From Harriotta raleighana (taxonomy: Eukaryota): a stretch of 64,000 bases of DNA. The position numbers were made by a program, and so were the translations under genes. Location of the stretch: assembly GCA_050575255.1 (NCBI GenBank), contig JBNZDD010013618.1, positions 2,356 through 66,355 of the forward strand, read 5' to 3'. A model generated the notes under the pieces. It made no database searches, was not told where the DNA came from, and saw only the letters and a list, made by a program, of their open reading frames with translations. Shown piece after piece: positions 37,811 to 51,080 of the stretch; positions within the stretch are counted from its first letter, which is position 1; the number at the start of each line of letters is the position of its first letter.

Positions 37811-38609
37811 CTTTTTCAATAACTGTCTACCTGTGCTCTTGTTTTTAGTGATTTGGGGGTATGTGAACCCACAAATCCTTTTGCTCCTCCACAATGTTTA
37901 GTTTCTCACCATTTAGAGAATATTCTGTTTTGCTATTTTTGTATTCATAGTGGATGAACTCACACTTCCACATTGAATTCCATCTGCCACAGTTTTGCAC
38001 ATTCATTTATTTAATCTGTCTGAATCCCTTTGTAGCTTCCTTCTATGTACAACTAAATTCAACTATATACAACTTGCATAGCGTCTTTCAAATCAGGAGG
38101 ACATCCCAGGGCGCTGTTTCAGACCTGAGCTGGGGTCAGGTGGTTCCATGCTGCCCATAGCACAGACAGCCCTGGTCAAAGTCTCTTAACATTTTAAACA
38201 TCCATGATCAGGGCTCTCTGCCTCCTTGACCTCTGCTGCCTTCAACACTGTCGACAACTCCATCCTCCTACACTGCCTCTCCACCCAACTCAATCTTCAA
38301 GGCCACGCCCTCAACTGGTTCCACTCACAAGTGCTAACCTTCCTAACATTATGTCATCTACAAATTTTGATATAAAAATTATTCATTCACCTGAGTCATT
38401 AATTTCTATATATTGTACATATATACAGAAATTAATGTAGCTTCGCTTGCAACCAAAGGATCTGATATGAAATGTAAATTAACACACAAGACAGACATTT
38501 TGTCTTTATGATCAGCTAGGGAGACTAATATACTTTCTGACTCAGTCTTTCTCCTGTGTGTGTATTTCTCATAATTTTTATATCAAAATTTGTAGAGTCT
38601 CTCTGACTC

Positions 38610-39197
38610 TTGTTTCGCACTTTCTCAGTCTGTCTGCCGCTGAAACCCTCATTCATACCTTCATCACATCCCTACTCGATGACATCAATTGCCCTCCCTG
38701 CTTGTCCGCCTTCCCAATTCCTCCCTCCATAGGTTGCAGATAATCCAGAACTCTAACGCTCCAAGCTTCCCATCCTCACCTGACTCCCCATCTCCCAGAG
38801 GATCCAATTCAAGATCCTGGTGCTCGTATTCAAAGCCTCCATGGCCTCACCCCACCCTGCCTCAGTGACCTCCTAAACCCCTACCAACCTGCCTGCCCCC
38901 TCCGCTGAGCAGGCTCCTTTCTGCTCCATATCCACTGTCCCACCATTGGCAGGCGAGCCTTCAACCACTCTGCCCCAACGTCTGGAACTACATCCCGCAG
39001 TCCCTCCATCTCAAACCCTCCCAGGTCTCCTTCACGTCCCCGTCTCAAGATTCTCTTTGACTGTCCCATCGGTCAAGCCAAATCCCCTCCAGCCTCCCTG
39101 TCCCCAACCCCAGCTCAGATCTGAAACAATGACTGTCCGCTCGAGACGTTCTCCTGACATGAAAGGCGCTATACAAATGCAATTTTGTTGCTGTTGT
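38610..39197 (+). mobile_element. L2 LINE 3' portion
   Basis: AAETLIHTFITSLLD remnant; tail GAAAGGCGCTATACAAATGCAATTTTGTTGCTGTTG. Confidence 0.85.
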
Positions 39198-39899
39198 CTG
39201 TCCTACATGAGGACTCCAACTCCCATGACGACCAGAAAAAAGTGCCATACATTTGTTGCAGAATATAGATGTATCTCTGAACAGTGCTTTCCTCTGTCGT
39301 TATTCAGTTGCAGAGTATGATGCATTCCTAATATTTTGGGGCTTAATTGAAGCATTTTTTTTAAAATTGAAATAATATAATAATAAACCTTGCATTTGAT
39401 ATAGCGCTTTTCACGGAGTCTAGACGTCTCCAAGCTCTTCACAGAATATACTGTAACGTGTGTTGACTATACATAACTCATCAACATTAAGTGATGCTCC
39501 CCAAGAAAAGATGCCCATGGCACTGGAATGTCCTCCCGACGTAAAAGACGCTTGAGAAATGTAATTTTGTTGTTGCTACCAGATGCAAGACCTTTCCCAT
39601 GAGGTATGAATCATGTCTCTACATCAATCAGTTATTGCATGATTGATGGATACACTTAACACACAGACAGACATTGCTTTATTAGTATAGATGGAAGAAT
39701 ATATATATGGTGAAAAGCTGAGGCTACAGTTCAGACCCCCGGGAATCATCACTAGTCACGTCACATCAATCAGAGAACATTCCTTTTATCTAAATTTGTT
39801 TCCTGCCTCCTAACCAATTTGCAAACCTCATTTGCAAGATTATGATTCCATGCACTAATTTTTGCCAATAATCTCTTTTGTGAACATTTATCAAATACT

Positions 39900-40500
39900 T
39901 TCACCTTGGGAAGACATCCCAAGTCACTGGACAGTTGTCAAGGTTTTCCTCCAAGTTGAGGGTTGGATTCATTGTGGACCACTGGGTTGGGAGAGATGAG
40001 CGAAGGTGCTATCAAAAGATGATCTTGAAGGACCTTGGAAGAAGGTGAGGGCAGGGACGAGGTGAAGGGACGGGATAGAATTCCGGAGAGCAAGGCAGAT
40101 AGGCTGAAAGCTCAACCACCGATGGCAGATTGGGGGATGTGAAGCAGGCCAGTGGCGGTCCAGCAGAGCGGGCGGGTTGGAAAGGTAGGGTTGGGTAAAA
40201 TTGTAGAGGGATTTTTTATAAACTCAATCCTCTGGGTGAGGGTGACCCAGTGGGACTGGGAAATATGGGGGTGATAGGCTTGCAGATCCTAATGTAGAGA
40301 GTAGAATTAGGAAGTCTGGTAAGATTTGGAGAGAGTTGGTGTAGACGTGCTGAAAATATTGTTAAGCAGCTTGAGGGAGGAGAAAGCTGAATAGATCAAA
40401 GTATGGTTGGGAGGTCCAAAGGACAGTTGAGAGTCGAATAAAACACCATGATTCTGCCCTGCTCCATAAGGTGGAATGTGCATCTGTGTAGATTGAGGCT
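39900..40500 (-). mobile_element. Degenerate L2 LINE 3' portion
   Basis: Reverse tail near 39900; QNHGVLFDSQLSF remnant. Confidence 0.7.
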
Positions 40501-41207
40501 GTCGGCAAATTATGCAAATAGTTTTTTTTAAATATGAAGTGTAAAATGCACAGATTTTTGTTTGACGTTGACAATTTTTCATTTGCTTTCACATCAATGG
40601 AGTCATGTAACCTGTTGCAGTCATAGGTTACATTAATTCAAGAAAAGCAGAGAAGCAGACTTGATTTTGGAACCATTTTAAGTTTTTCCACTCTCGCAAT
40701 GTTTCTTCTGCTTGCTAACCTAGCCACCCTAAACTATAATTGGAGAATTTCGCCAACACAAGAGATAAATAAAATGCTCGTAACTACATTCTGATGTGCT
40801 CCATGCCATGAATATAGGGTAGCTCGCAAAAACTTCTATTTTGAACTTTCCAGAATCTTGTTATTTTAATTGAGCCTTTGCCAGTTGTTGTTGGATCTAC
40901 CATCTGTGGCGAAAAATGGGGAGTAGCTGAAAAGCAGCTTTTACTACAAAAACAAGACTCTGTATCCTGGGCAGAAGCCACCCACGTAAACTTGGTCATT
41001 CATTTGATGGCTGTTCATCTGACATTGTTGTGCACAAATTAGCTTTAATATTTGCCGACAAATACAGTCACCATGCTTTACAGAAACATGAAGCATTCAT
41101 AATATGAGGAGATATCCTGCAGAAGGAAAATAATGTTATGAATGCAAAAGATGTAGGCATTATGCAAGAGAATGAAGGAATAGACCAGAATATGTTGGGA
41201 GATATAA

Positions 41208-41826
41208 TACAACAACAAAATTACATTTATAGAGCGCGTTTCACGTCAGGAGGACGTCCCAAGGCGCTGGACAGATGATTTAAGACCCGAGCAGGGGGAA
41301 ATGTTCGGGGCGAGGGGGNNNNNNNNNNNNNNNNNNNNNNNNNNNNNNNNNNNNNNNNNNNNNNNNNNGGCGAGGGTGGGAGTGATGTGGTCTCGAAGCC
41401 TGGTGTGGGAGAGTACACGAGCTGCAGAGTTCTGGATGACCTGCAGCTTGTGGATGGAGGAGCCGGGAAGGCCCACGAGGAGAGAGTTCCCATAGTCCAG
41501 CCTTGAGGTGATGAAGGCGTGGACCAGTATCTCAGCAGCGTGAGGGGTGAGGCAGTGTCGTAGCCTGGCGATGTTCCGGAGGTGGTGGAAGGCAATGCCA
41601 GTTGTGGCGCGGATGTGGGGGAGAAAGGACAGCTCAGGGTCAAATAGAACACCAAGGTTCCTGACTGGCTTTGTGAGGTGGAGAGTGCAGCCTTGGATGC
41701 TGATGCTGTCAGCACCCGAGTTGCGGAGGCGCTGACGCGAGCCAATCAGGAGGGCCTCGGTTTTCCGGACATTGAGCTGAAGAAAGTTATCTCTCGTCCA
41801 GGACTCGATGTCAGACAGGCAGATGT
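41208..41826 (-). mobile_element. Young L2 LINE fragment (ORF2 C-terminus open, with a gap)
   Basis: CLSDIESWTRDNFLQLNVRKTEALLIG..VRNLGVLFDPELSF..HAFITSRLDYGNSLLVGLP..IQNSAARV..HITPTL. Confidence 0.93.
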
Positions 41827-41852
41827 AATAGATGTAAAGCATGGAAATAAGG

Positions 41853-42380
41853 TAATAATAATAATCCTTGCATTTGATAAAGTAAAACAGAAAGAAGAGT
41901 TTAACAGGAGGATAACCAGAATTGGGCGAATTAAATCAGAGAAAGAACTGGAAGAACTGAAAGATCAGATACAGAATCCAGTGAAAGTGTATAAGAAGAT
42001 GGGCACTTCCACGAATCAATGGAACTCCTAAAGAGTGTACGTACAAAAGGAAAAGAGAAAAATAAGTGGATGGTATCTTTTGAGTGTAAATAAAAAAAAG
42101 TAAGGAATGTGATTCAGTGCAAATTAGATACAGGAGCACAAGTCATATAGCACTTTTCACATCTTATTGACGTCTAAGGCGCTTCACGAAATATACTGTA
42201 AAGTGAATTGACTGCATAATTGTGGGCGAAACATTGCAGCCAATTGTGCACAGCAATGTCCCACAAACAGCCGTGGATTAAAATGACCAATTGAAATTGA
42301 AATTTTTTTTTATTGTGTTTTTTTTTAGGGGGATTATTATTAGGCGTAAGGAAGTAAGGAAACTTGTCCAAGGTTTTGCT
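41853..42380 (-). mobile_element. SINE interrupted by a 265-nt foreign insert (41880-42144)
   Basis: SINE tail GCATTTGATA breaks at 41879 and resumes as ATATAGCACTTTTCACATC at 42145. Confidence 0.85.
41880..42144 (+). mobile_element. Gypsy-type LTR retrotransposon gag/protease fragment
   Basis: The end of the insert translates KWMVSFECK*KKVRNVIQCKLDTGAQV, containing the retropepsin catalytic motif LDTGA (42124-42138). Confidence 0.65.
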
Positions 42381-43059
42381 ATAATTATCATGTGTGACTT
42401 CATTTCCTTGGGGAGAAACGCCAGCTGGCTCCAAAGTGACATATACTCGTCAACAGAATATCAAAATTAAGTCAAACCTCTGGTGACCATGTAGCCTTTT
42501 TCTTGCAGAGTTTGGCTTCCTGAGGTAGGAGCTGAGTGAGAAGGCTGCCTTCCCCCCAATGCCTCAAAAATTATACTGATAAGCTAGAAAGGCTGATTTG
42601 AGTGTTGCCTAGAGTATGAGCAATTCAAGCATTGACTGCTGATACCACCAGAGGGTTGGACATGATTTTGAAAGTCCATTGCCACTATGTCTCCTTGGAG
42701 GCAGTTCAGCTGAAGGCAACATTAACAGATTGTGAAATGCTGGAAGGAGGTGTTAACGTCTCCATATGTTGCAAAGGTAATCTACAGATGGAACTAAATA
42801 CACAGGGGTGAGTGAGACAAATATTAAATTTTCCAGTACAACTCTTACAAAATCACACATAACTTGCATTTATTAATTTAGGGTTATATTTCAGAGCACT
42901 TTACAGGGGGTTTGATGCCGGGTGGGTGAGAGGGTGGGGTTGGGGGGGGGTAGATTGCCTTGTGTATGATCAAAGAACTAAGATTTGAAACAAGATAAAG
43001 ACAGAGAGGATGTGAGACAGTGTGGTAGAGGGAGGAAGGTCCTTAGGTTAGACACTTCC

Positions 43060-43627
43060 CAACTCCGCCGCTACCTCACCCCTCAGGCCGTTGAAACTCT
43101 CATTCATCCCTTCATCATGTCCAAGCTCGACTGTACCAACGCCCTGCTTGTTGACCTCCCCAACTCCTCCCTCCATAGGCTGCAGATCATCCAGAAGTCG
43201 GCAGCTCATGTCCTCTCCCGAACCAAGCTCCTCGACCCTATCTCCCCCATTCTCGCCCGACTCCATTGGCTTTCCATCATTCAGAGAATTCAATACAAAA
43301 TGCTGTATCCTCATCTTTAAAGCCCTCCATGGCCTTGCCCCACACTACCTCTGTGACCTTCTAACCTGTCTGTCTGCCCCTCTGCTCAGTGTTCTCCGGC
43401 CCACTCCATGTTCTCCGACCCAACCACCATCGGCGGGAAAGCCTTCAGCTACTCTACCCTCAACCTTTGGAATTCCATCTCACAATCCCTCTGCCTCACC
43501 CCCTCCCTAGCCTCCTTCAAATCCCACCTCCAGACTCTCCTCTTCGACTGTGCCATCAGTCACCCACCTTCCTGACCTTTCCCGATCCAGACCCCAGCTC
43601 GGGACTGAAACACTGACTGGTCAGCGC
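43060..43627 (+). mobile_element. L2 LINE 3' portion
   Basis: LRRYLTPQAVETLIHPFIMSKLDCTNALL..LARLHWLSIIQRIQYK. Confidence 0.88.
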
Positions 43628-43998
43628 TGTAATGTTATTTAAGCCACCAAAACGCAATGTTGATTCACTCCAATCTTTTACAATTCAACTACTTTCAAAT
43701 CCCCTCTTTCACACTCTCTCTCCAAATCTCTCAAGTCACTCTTCCCAGAATCCTTTTGTACTTGTTCCATACTTTATTGCCATTAATGTGGTTAAAGCTA
43801 ATATGCGACATCTTCCTTCTTCTAGTTTCTCTTTCCTTTTTGTCTTTTGTTCTCTCATTCTTTGTGGTCTTTTTATTTCTCTTCCGTATCTTGCTTTCTC
43901 ACTTTTTCTGCTTTTCCATTTTCTCTTGTTGTTTCTTTATTGTACTTTTGTTTGATCTCCCAGGATGTTTCTCTGTATATTTTTTCTTGTCATCTTTT
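43628..43998 (-). mobile_element. Gypsy-type 3' end: integrase tail, PPT and 183-bp LTR
   Basis: Minus strand reads ARYGREIKRPQR (TRxGRxxKxPxR motif of Gypsy integrase C-termini), then PPT AGAAGAAGGAAGA, then an LTR TGTCGCAT...TAACATTACA (43810 to 43628) containing AATAAA. Confidence 0.6.
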
Positions 43999-43999
43999 A

Positions 44000-44396
44000 G
44001 GCGTTTTGCCTACAAATATACAGTTGGTTTTCCTGTTCTCCTTCCCCCTACCCCAACCCCTCCCCTTGCCATCTTTTTCTCCTAACCCCAATTCCACGAC
44101 TGTTTGTGGGACACTGCTGTGCGCAATTTGGCTGCTGTGTTTCGCCCACAAATATACAGTCAATTTTCCTTCTTTCCTTCCCCCNNNNNNNNNNNNNCCC
44201 CCCCCCCCCCCCCCCCCCCTGCTCTGGTCCTGAGGTTTTTTCCCCCCTTTCTTCCCTCTTTTCTTCTCCCTCCCCGACTCCTCGCCCTTGCTCTGGTCCC
44301 TACCTTGGGACGTTGTTGTACTCTGTGAAGCGCTTTGAGACGTTGATAAGACGTGGAAAGTTCTATATAAATGTAAGGATTATTACATATTATTAC
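44000..44396 (+). mobile_element. Composite retroposon (same family as 14898-15235)
   Basis: Two SINE body modules with the same pyrimidine spacer, then partial L2 tail plus SINE tail. Confidence 0.78.
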
Positions 44397-46119
44397 TCAG
44401 TGAGATCTGGGGCTCTTATCTTTCTCCCCCCACCCAATTTTTTTCTTTGACCTCCGTTTTTAGGTTTTTCAATCTACGACTGTTTGTGAGACACTTTTGT
44501 GCGCAATTGGCTGCTGCGTTTCACCCACAAATATACAGTCAATTCACTTTACAGTATATTCTGTGAAGCACTTTCACATAAGATGTGAAAAGCTCTATAT
44601 CAAATTATTATTATTGATTTAACTTTGTAATTCAGATGCTGAGAACTGATTGCATTTCCAAATTCTCATTATTTTCTGTTTTATCTCAGCTTTTCAATAA
44701 TTTCTGTTTTTCATTTAACTATAAACATCTGCAGTTTATGCTTTGATATCAACAGCATAACCTCCTCAATTTACTTCCCATTAACTAACAAACTGGTTGG
44801 CAGGACCTCATTGCAGTAAGAGCATAAAATTAGAAGCCCAGAATGCATGTCACAGTATATTGTATTGAGTGATCTCTGTGGGATTGAGTTGAGTCTGTAA
44901 CAGAATGCTGCATGGCAACCAAATGTTGGAATTGAGTCAATTCCCTTAGTGGTTTCAGTAGTCCAGTTTCTGAGGTAGATGCGTCCGTAGTATTCCAAGG
45001 CACTTTGGGGCGGGCAGACCAGTTAGTCTGGCTCATTGCAGAGGCAGACTCTGCGGAGAAGCAGATTCTGCGGCTAGGATTCTTCACTCTTGTCTTACCA
45101 GCTAGCTAATAGGTAGGATAATTCTAACTGGACAAGTGTCGGAAAGCTTTTACCAGGCTGGGCTCACAATGGCAAGCTATACTTTAGTAAAGTGAACCTC
45201 GGCACTGCTCTCTTTGCTTACTCTTAGAGAACCCCAACCCTTGGCTCTTCCCAATTACACCTAAGCCTCTCCAGAACTATGTACGCTGTGTGTCTACCTC
45301 CAGGTACAAAGCGCACATGCATTCTAGAATCAGGAAAATTTGCATGTGTAGGTGACATACATACATGAAAGTCTCAGTTTGGTTTGCATACTCTTAAGCG
45401 TGATGAGCTTATACAATACACAGCCATTAAAGATCCCACAACAACAATTGCAAAATTGTACATTATATACTGTAGATTGGTTCAACAATTAGTGCTTTTT
45501 CTCTATTCCCCTCTGCCCACTATCTCCCATCTCTCCCCTCCTGGCGATTCATACATGTACAAATGTTTAGGTAGTGGTGTCATCCAGTAACTTTTCTCAA
45601 GCCTCACAGGCTGGCCTGTCAGTGTTGGCAGTGCATTTACCCAAATGGGCTTTACAGCCAAACTGTTTCACACCATGTAGTTTGTTGTGATGGAAAGTCT
45701 ACTGTGGACTAAATTATTCGATTATGATTAACCAAGGATACAATGACATTTTGCAGAAACAAGGACTCTGGAAATCCTAGGCGTAAAATACTGACATAGC
45801 TTATTGGGACATTTGCCACAATGTGCACTAACAGGGTCAACCTGAGACTAATAAAAGATCCAGCATCTGTTACTGACACTCTAACTAAATTAAAGCATCA
45901 AAGGTTCAAAAGTATCTGCAGCTCTGGTCAGAATATATATAGTGTTTGCTCACTTTTAATAACATATCTTCAAGTCAATTTACTATGATTTGTCAAGATA
46001 TCCAAACATAGCATCAGTTTAGATGTTTTCATTCCTCTTAAAGAGTGTCAATCGTTTTTATGGGCTGTGTTCCTCGTATGTAAATTTCCAAGTCTTTTAT
46101 GGACAATGATTTGTTAAAC

Positions 46120-46450
46120 AAACAACCAAAATGACATTTGCATAGGGCCTTTCATGGCGGGAGAATGTCCCGAGGAGCTGGACAGTCAGTGAATTGAATT
46201 CAAGGTGGGGGTTGGGATTGAGAAGGATGATGAGTGGGGGAGGAGGAGGGTGACCGAAGGCACGATTGAAGATGGTCATGAGACAGATCTTGAAGGAGGC
46301 AACGGGGTGAGGTGGAAGGACTGCGGGATGGAGTTCCAGAAGGTGCTGGTCAGACTAGTAGAAGGATCACCCGACAATGGTGGGGTAGGTGAGGCGGGGA
46401 CGTGTCACAGGCCAAAGCCCGCTGAGCAGAGGGAGAGGGCAGGTTGGTAG
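46120..46450 (-). mobile_element. L2 LINE 3' end
   Basis: Reverse tail and purine-rich 3' region. Confidence 0.8.
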
Positions 46451-47544
46451 CGAGCATTATGAACCAAAGAATTATGAACAGGATTATTTGTTTTTATTTA
46501 AAAAAAACTAAAATCCCAGGCTTGTGAATTGTTCTAGAAGACAGGCATTTGTGTTCTTTCAGGTCTCTATTGTTGCTTTGGATCCTGGCTGCGTCGGAAA
46601 TCTGTAGAGGAAAAACGGCAGCTGGGAATTGCACCTGTCTCGCAATCCATCTTATTGTGAACCCAAGCGTTGCAGCAACCCGCAATGCAGGAGGAAAAGA
46701 CAGCTGCAGCTCACCTGTTGGGACTACCTTTTGTTTTTGAGGTTGAAACTGTGTTAGAAATGAAAGTTTGCACATTTTCCACAAACTTAAAAAGGTTATG
46801 GAATTTTCTGATTTTCGTAGAGATATGTAAGTTGTGTTGCAGCAACCCGACTGTTGGCAAATTAGCCAGTCCAATTTGGGCCAGTTTCTGCACCTTTCAC
46901 AGCAAATCCTGGTAGCTTGGAAGATTCCTTGTCATTTAAAATTGATTACCTTTTTATTATTAATAAAATTATTAATACAACCCTGTAGTAAATCGGGGGA
47001 TACCCATATATAAATGCGGCTAGGTTATTTGACAGCAAGGTGACTTAAAATGATCATGACAAGTTAAACCAGGATTTTACTGAAGCATTTTCATATACAG
47101 TAGGGTCAATGTCTGAAGCATTTCACTGAGGTGATGGAGGAGAATCACTGAATAAAGAGGGACAGAATTTTGATGGTATTTATAAATAATAATTCCTGCA
47201 TCACATGAAAACACTTTATCACATTGTCAAAATATCTAAAATTACTTCACAGGTAACTGTGTTTACTGTAGAGTCTATATTTGTAGACAAACATCACTGA
47301 TCAAAGGCATAGACAGAAAAATATTTTAAAGAGAGTTTTAATGCCAGGGAGATACTTTGTAAGGCAGAGGGATTCAGGGAGAGAGTTCCAGTGCAGAGGT
47401 GAAATGTCTGAAAACTCAAGTCACTGATGATGGGATGGAGGAAGTGAAGAAGGAATAGTAAACCTCATTCAGAATACTCTAGATATTTCTTTGTAATTTC
47501 ACAATAAGCAAATAAATGACTAAGACAAAATGCTTAGGCAATTA

Positions 47545-47830
47545 TAATAATAATCTTTGCATTTAATATAGCGCTTTTCACATCTTCTACACATCACAAA
47601 GCACTTCACAGAATATATTGTAAAGTGAATTGACTGCATATTTGTGGGTGAAATGCAACAGCCAAGTGTCACACAAACAGTTATAGATTGAAGTGACCAA
47701 TTTATTATGTTTTTTTTCTTGAGGGATTATTATTAGGCATGTAGGCTAAGGATATTTGCCCTGCTGGGAATCAAACCCAGGTTTCTCTTTTGTAAGGCGA
47801 GTGCTCTAACCACTGAGCTACAGGATTCCA
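47545..47830 (-). mobile_element. tRNA-derived SINE, full length
   Basis: Ends with GAGTGCTCTAACCACTGAGCTACAGG, the reverse of the head. Confidence 0.9.
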
Positions 47831-49604
47831 CAATTCTTACAAACATGAACGTACCAAAATATTAATTAATTAATTGTTAATTAATTAAATTAAGTTACCT
47901 GCCGTGTTTACCCACAAAATAAACAACGTATCCCTTATACAGCACGTTCTATGAAAGGCTTTGAGACATTCTGAAGATGTGATATGGTGCTATATCAAAT
48001 ACAGTATAAGGATTATTATTATTTGCTTTCAATAAACTGCTGTTTTAGTAACATAAAATGGCATATTTCAATAAATCAGTTATAAAGAGATTCGTTAGTA
48101 TTTGAGAAGAACATAATCTCCTCCCCACATTAGTTTTAATTTTGATATGTTAACGTTTGGCAGGCTACTTAAGCCATTATAAGTAATGGATTTGGTGGTA
48201 GAGTGGGATAATCAACTGCATAATGGTTGTTTTTGTCCCGTTGGTCTGGTACAACCTCTTACCATCACCAACAAGAGAAAAATGTAATTACATCATTTAT
48301 GAATGAATTCCCACAGTTAAAAGAGATATGGATCTCAATCCCTAGTCACAGTCTCCCACAATTACTTAACTTAGAATAGTGCAACAACAAATCACATAAT
48401 GACTTTCAGGTCGGGAAGACAGCCCAATGCTCTTATCAGTCGAGGGTTTGCAGGTAAGTACAAGATCATCGTGAACAGATACTAAAGCAGCAATTCAATG
48501 GTGATGCAGCATTGAATGAACACCAAAAAATCAAGCAGTCCATTTGTTTCATTGATATTCTGTGGATTCGCCAACAAAATACACAGTCATTATATTTTGC
48601 AGTAATTCCTATGAAGCGCTTTGAGATGTCCCCCCAATGTGAAAGGATTTATCAATTGGATGGATTTGGTGGCCAATTGATCCAGGAATGTGTTGCATCT
48701 GTTTTTGAAGCAAGTGAAAATTGATTCAGATTTTCATAGTAAACTTCTAACTCTGAAGTACTTATAACATTAGGAATTTAAAAACATTTTAAAACTAAAT
48801 TGCATTATTTCAAGGTATATTTTTATTAAACTCATGACACAATACTACAGTATAACGGAGTACGAGCTTTCTTTTTTCCCCGATTTTGTTTTAACTAACA
48901 TAGAGCTAGTTTCATTTGAGCTTTCCCTGATTTATCTTACACGCAGAGCAAAGCTGACAAAATGGCTCGACAACAACAATAAGAAATTACATTTGTATAG
49001 CGTCGTTCACATCTGGAGGACGTTCCAAGGCCATGGACTGAAAATTATTTTCTAAAAACAAAGTATGAGAGATCCAGTCATTGTGTATCAACCTCAATGG
49101 GATTTGTTTTTAAATGATACAATGTTTAATTTAAAATAATTTCCATAATTTATGTTGCAGCAGCAATGTGTTCTTTAAAACCACACAATATTATCTTTGT
49201 CCAGCTAGGGCCACAGATCAAAACATCAATAGCGCATTGTATTACTATCGACCTGTTGCCATAAAACCTGTCTTTATCTAATCTCAAAGACCTCAACGAA
49301 AGAAGCTGTAATCTTTCACTCCTGGCACAAAATACAGTACTAGTCTTTGCAATTCATTAAAATTATTTGGGGGGTTTTTTGTTGTCTTTTCTTGAGCAAC
49401 AACAAATCAGTGTCTTTCCTCAACCGAAACACCAATAATAGATAACCTATTAATGAACGTATGTTCAATACCTAGTTTCTATTCTATACAAGGCATTCAC
49501 AGGGAAAAGTAGACATTCATAGCTAATGATTTGGTATTTCAACCAATATTTTAAAATCAGACCTCAGACATTAATTTTTCTGGCCATCAGGTAACCAGAT
49601 TGTT

Positions 49605-49758
49605 CTATGAGTTGTCTCCTTGGTCGTTTCTGCTGCTACTTTCCAGTTTTCTGCTTGGATCCATTTTGGTCCCTTCAAACATGACCCTGTTTCTCATGCC
49701 TTCCTGAACCATTCTCTGCTGTACTCTTAGTTTGGCATTCTGATACCTGCAATATGTC
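49605..49758 (-). CDS. COX20: COX20 exon 4 to stop (cytochrome c oxidase assembly factor)
   Basis: Minus strand TTTCAG|G; (W)TYCRYQNAKLRVQQRMVQEGMRNRVMFEGTKMDPSRKLESSSRNDQGDNS*; resembles human WFHCRYNYAKQRIQERIAREEIKKKILYEGTHLDP. Confidence 0.94.
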
Positions 49759-49974
49759 CTGAAAAAAAGTTAAAATATGTCACCTGCCTTTTATTATTCT
49801 GTCTCCAAATTCATTTACAAGTTCAGATGAATAGGCCCTTTGAACCCATAAGAATTAAGTGATAAGAGATATCCTCCTGATAAGAAAGGTGCTGCATAAA
49901 TGTAAATTGTACTATATATGATCTAACCCTTTCAAAATACAATCCCACCAGCAAAACAGGCATAATGAGTTGAA

Positions 49975-51080
49975 TCTCCTGATAAGAAGGTCGAAGGATG
50001 ATCTGATTGAGCTGTTTAAAATCATAAAAGGATTTAACAATGTAGATAGAGAGAAACTTTTCCTCTGGTTCAACAACAACAAAATTCAATTTGTATAGCG
50101 CCTTTCACGTTAGGAGGACATCAGTTACTGCTTCAGACCCAAACTGAGGACAGGGTGGGGGGGGGGGGGGAAAGAGTTGCTGATGGGTCCATCAAAGAGG
50201 AGAGTCTTGAAGCGAGACTTAAAGAAGGCCACGGAGGAAGCGGAGGGATTTTGGGATGGAGTTCCAAAGGTTGGGAACAGAGTGACTGAAGGCTCGCCTG
50301 CCAATGGTTAGGTGGGTGGGTCAGGGGACATGGAGCAGGCCAGAGTCTGCTGAACAGAGGGGGAGGGCAAGTTGGTAAGAGGATAGGAGGTCACATGGGG
50401 TGGAGCGAGAATTGTGGAGGGCTTTAAATGTGAGGATCAGAATCTTGAATTGAATCCTCTGGATGATGGGGAGCCAATGGAGTCAGGCAAGGATGGGGAA
50501 GATGGGGACATGGAGTTTGGAACGGTAGAGGACACGGGCAGGAGAGTTCTGGATTATCTGCAGCCTGTGGAGGGAGGAATTGGGAAGGCCAACCAGCAAG
50601 ACATTTTAAATAATCAAGAACAACAAAACACAAAATTACATTTATAGAGTGCCTATCACTTCAATAAATCCAGAACAAGAGGATATAATCTCAAAATTAG
50701 AGCAAAAAACAATTAAGAGTGAAATTAGAAAACATAGTTCACATAAATGGTTGCGGAAATGTGTAAATCACTACTCCAAAAACTTGTGGATTAAACTGCT
50801 GATAACTTGCCCCTGACTGAACTTGTCATTACCATTTAAGTTATCTTACTCTCAATACCTTGGCTGGATTTATTTATGTATTTATACATACGAGTAACTC
50901 GCCATTCTGGATAATTTATCACTGAGTCCTTTTCCCTTTGAGTTATCAGAAGTTTACTGTAGATGCCAATTCAATTAAATATTTAAGCGGCAGACAGGTG
51001 AATATTTAGTATGTAGGGATGTCGGATGATATAGTAAAAGGGAAAGGAATGTTATTAAGTTGTGGATGATCTGATAACAT
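49975..51080 (+). mobile_element. CR1 3' end split by a reverse L2 insertion (~50070-50600), in COX20 intron 3
   Basis: DDLIELFKIIKGFNNVDREKLF at 49997-50065, resuming as SRTRGYNLKI near 50670; L2 tail and body in between. Confidence 0.7.

Noticed and set aside
40784-40999. 71-aa minus-strand ORF in unique intergenic sequence
   Set aside because: No recognisable motif and no partner exons; length is within chance expectation.
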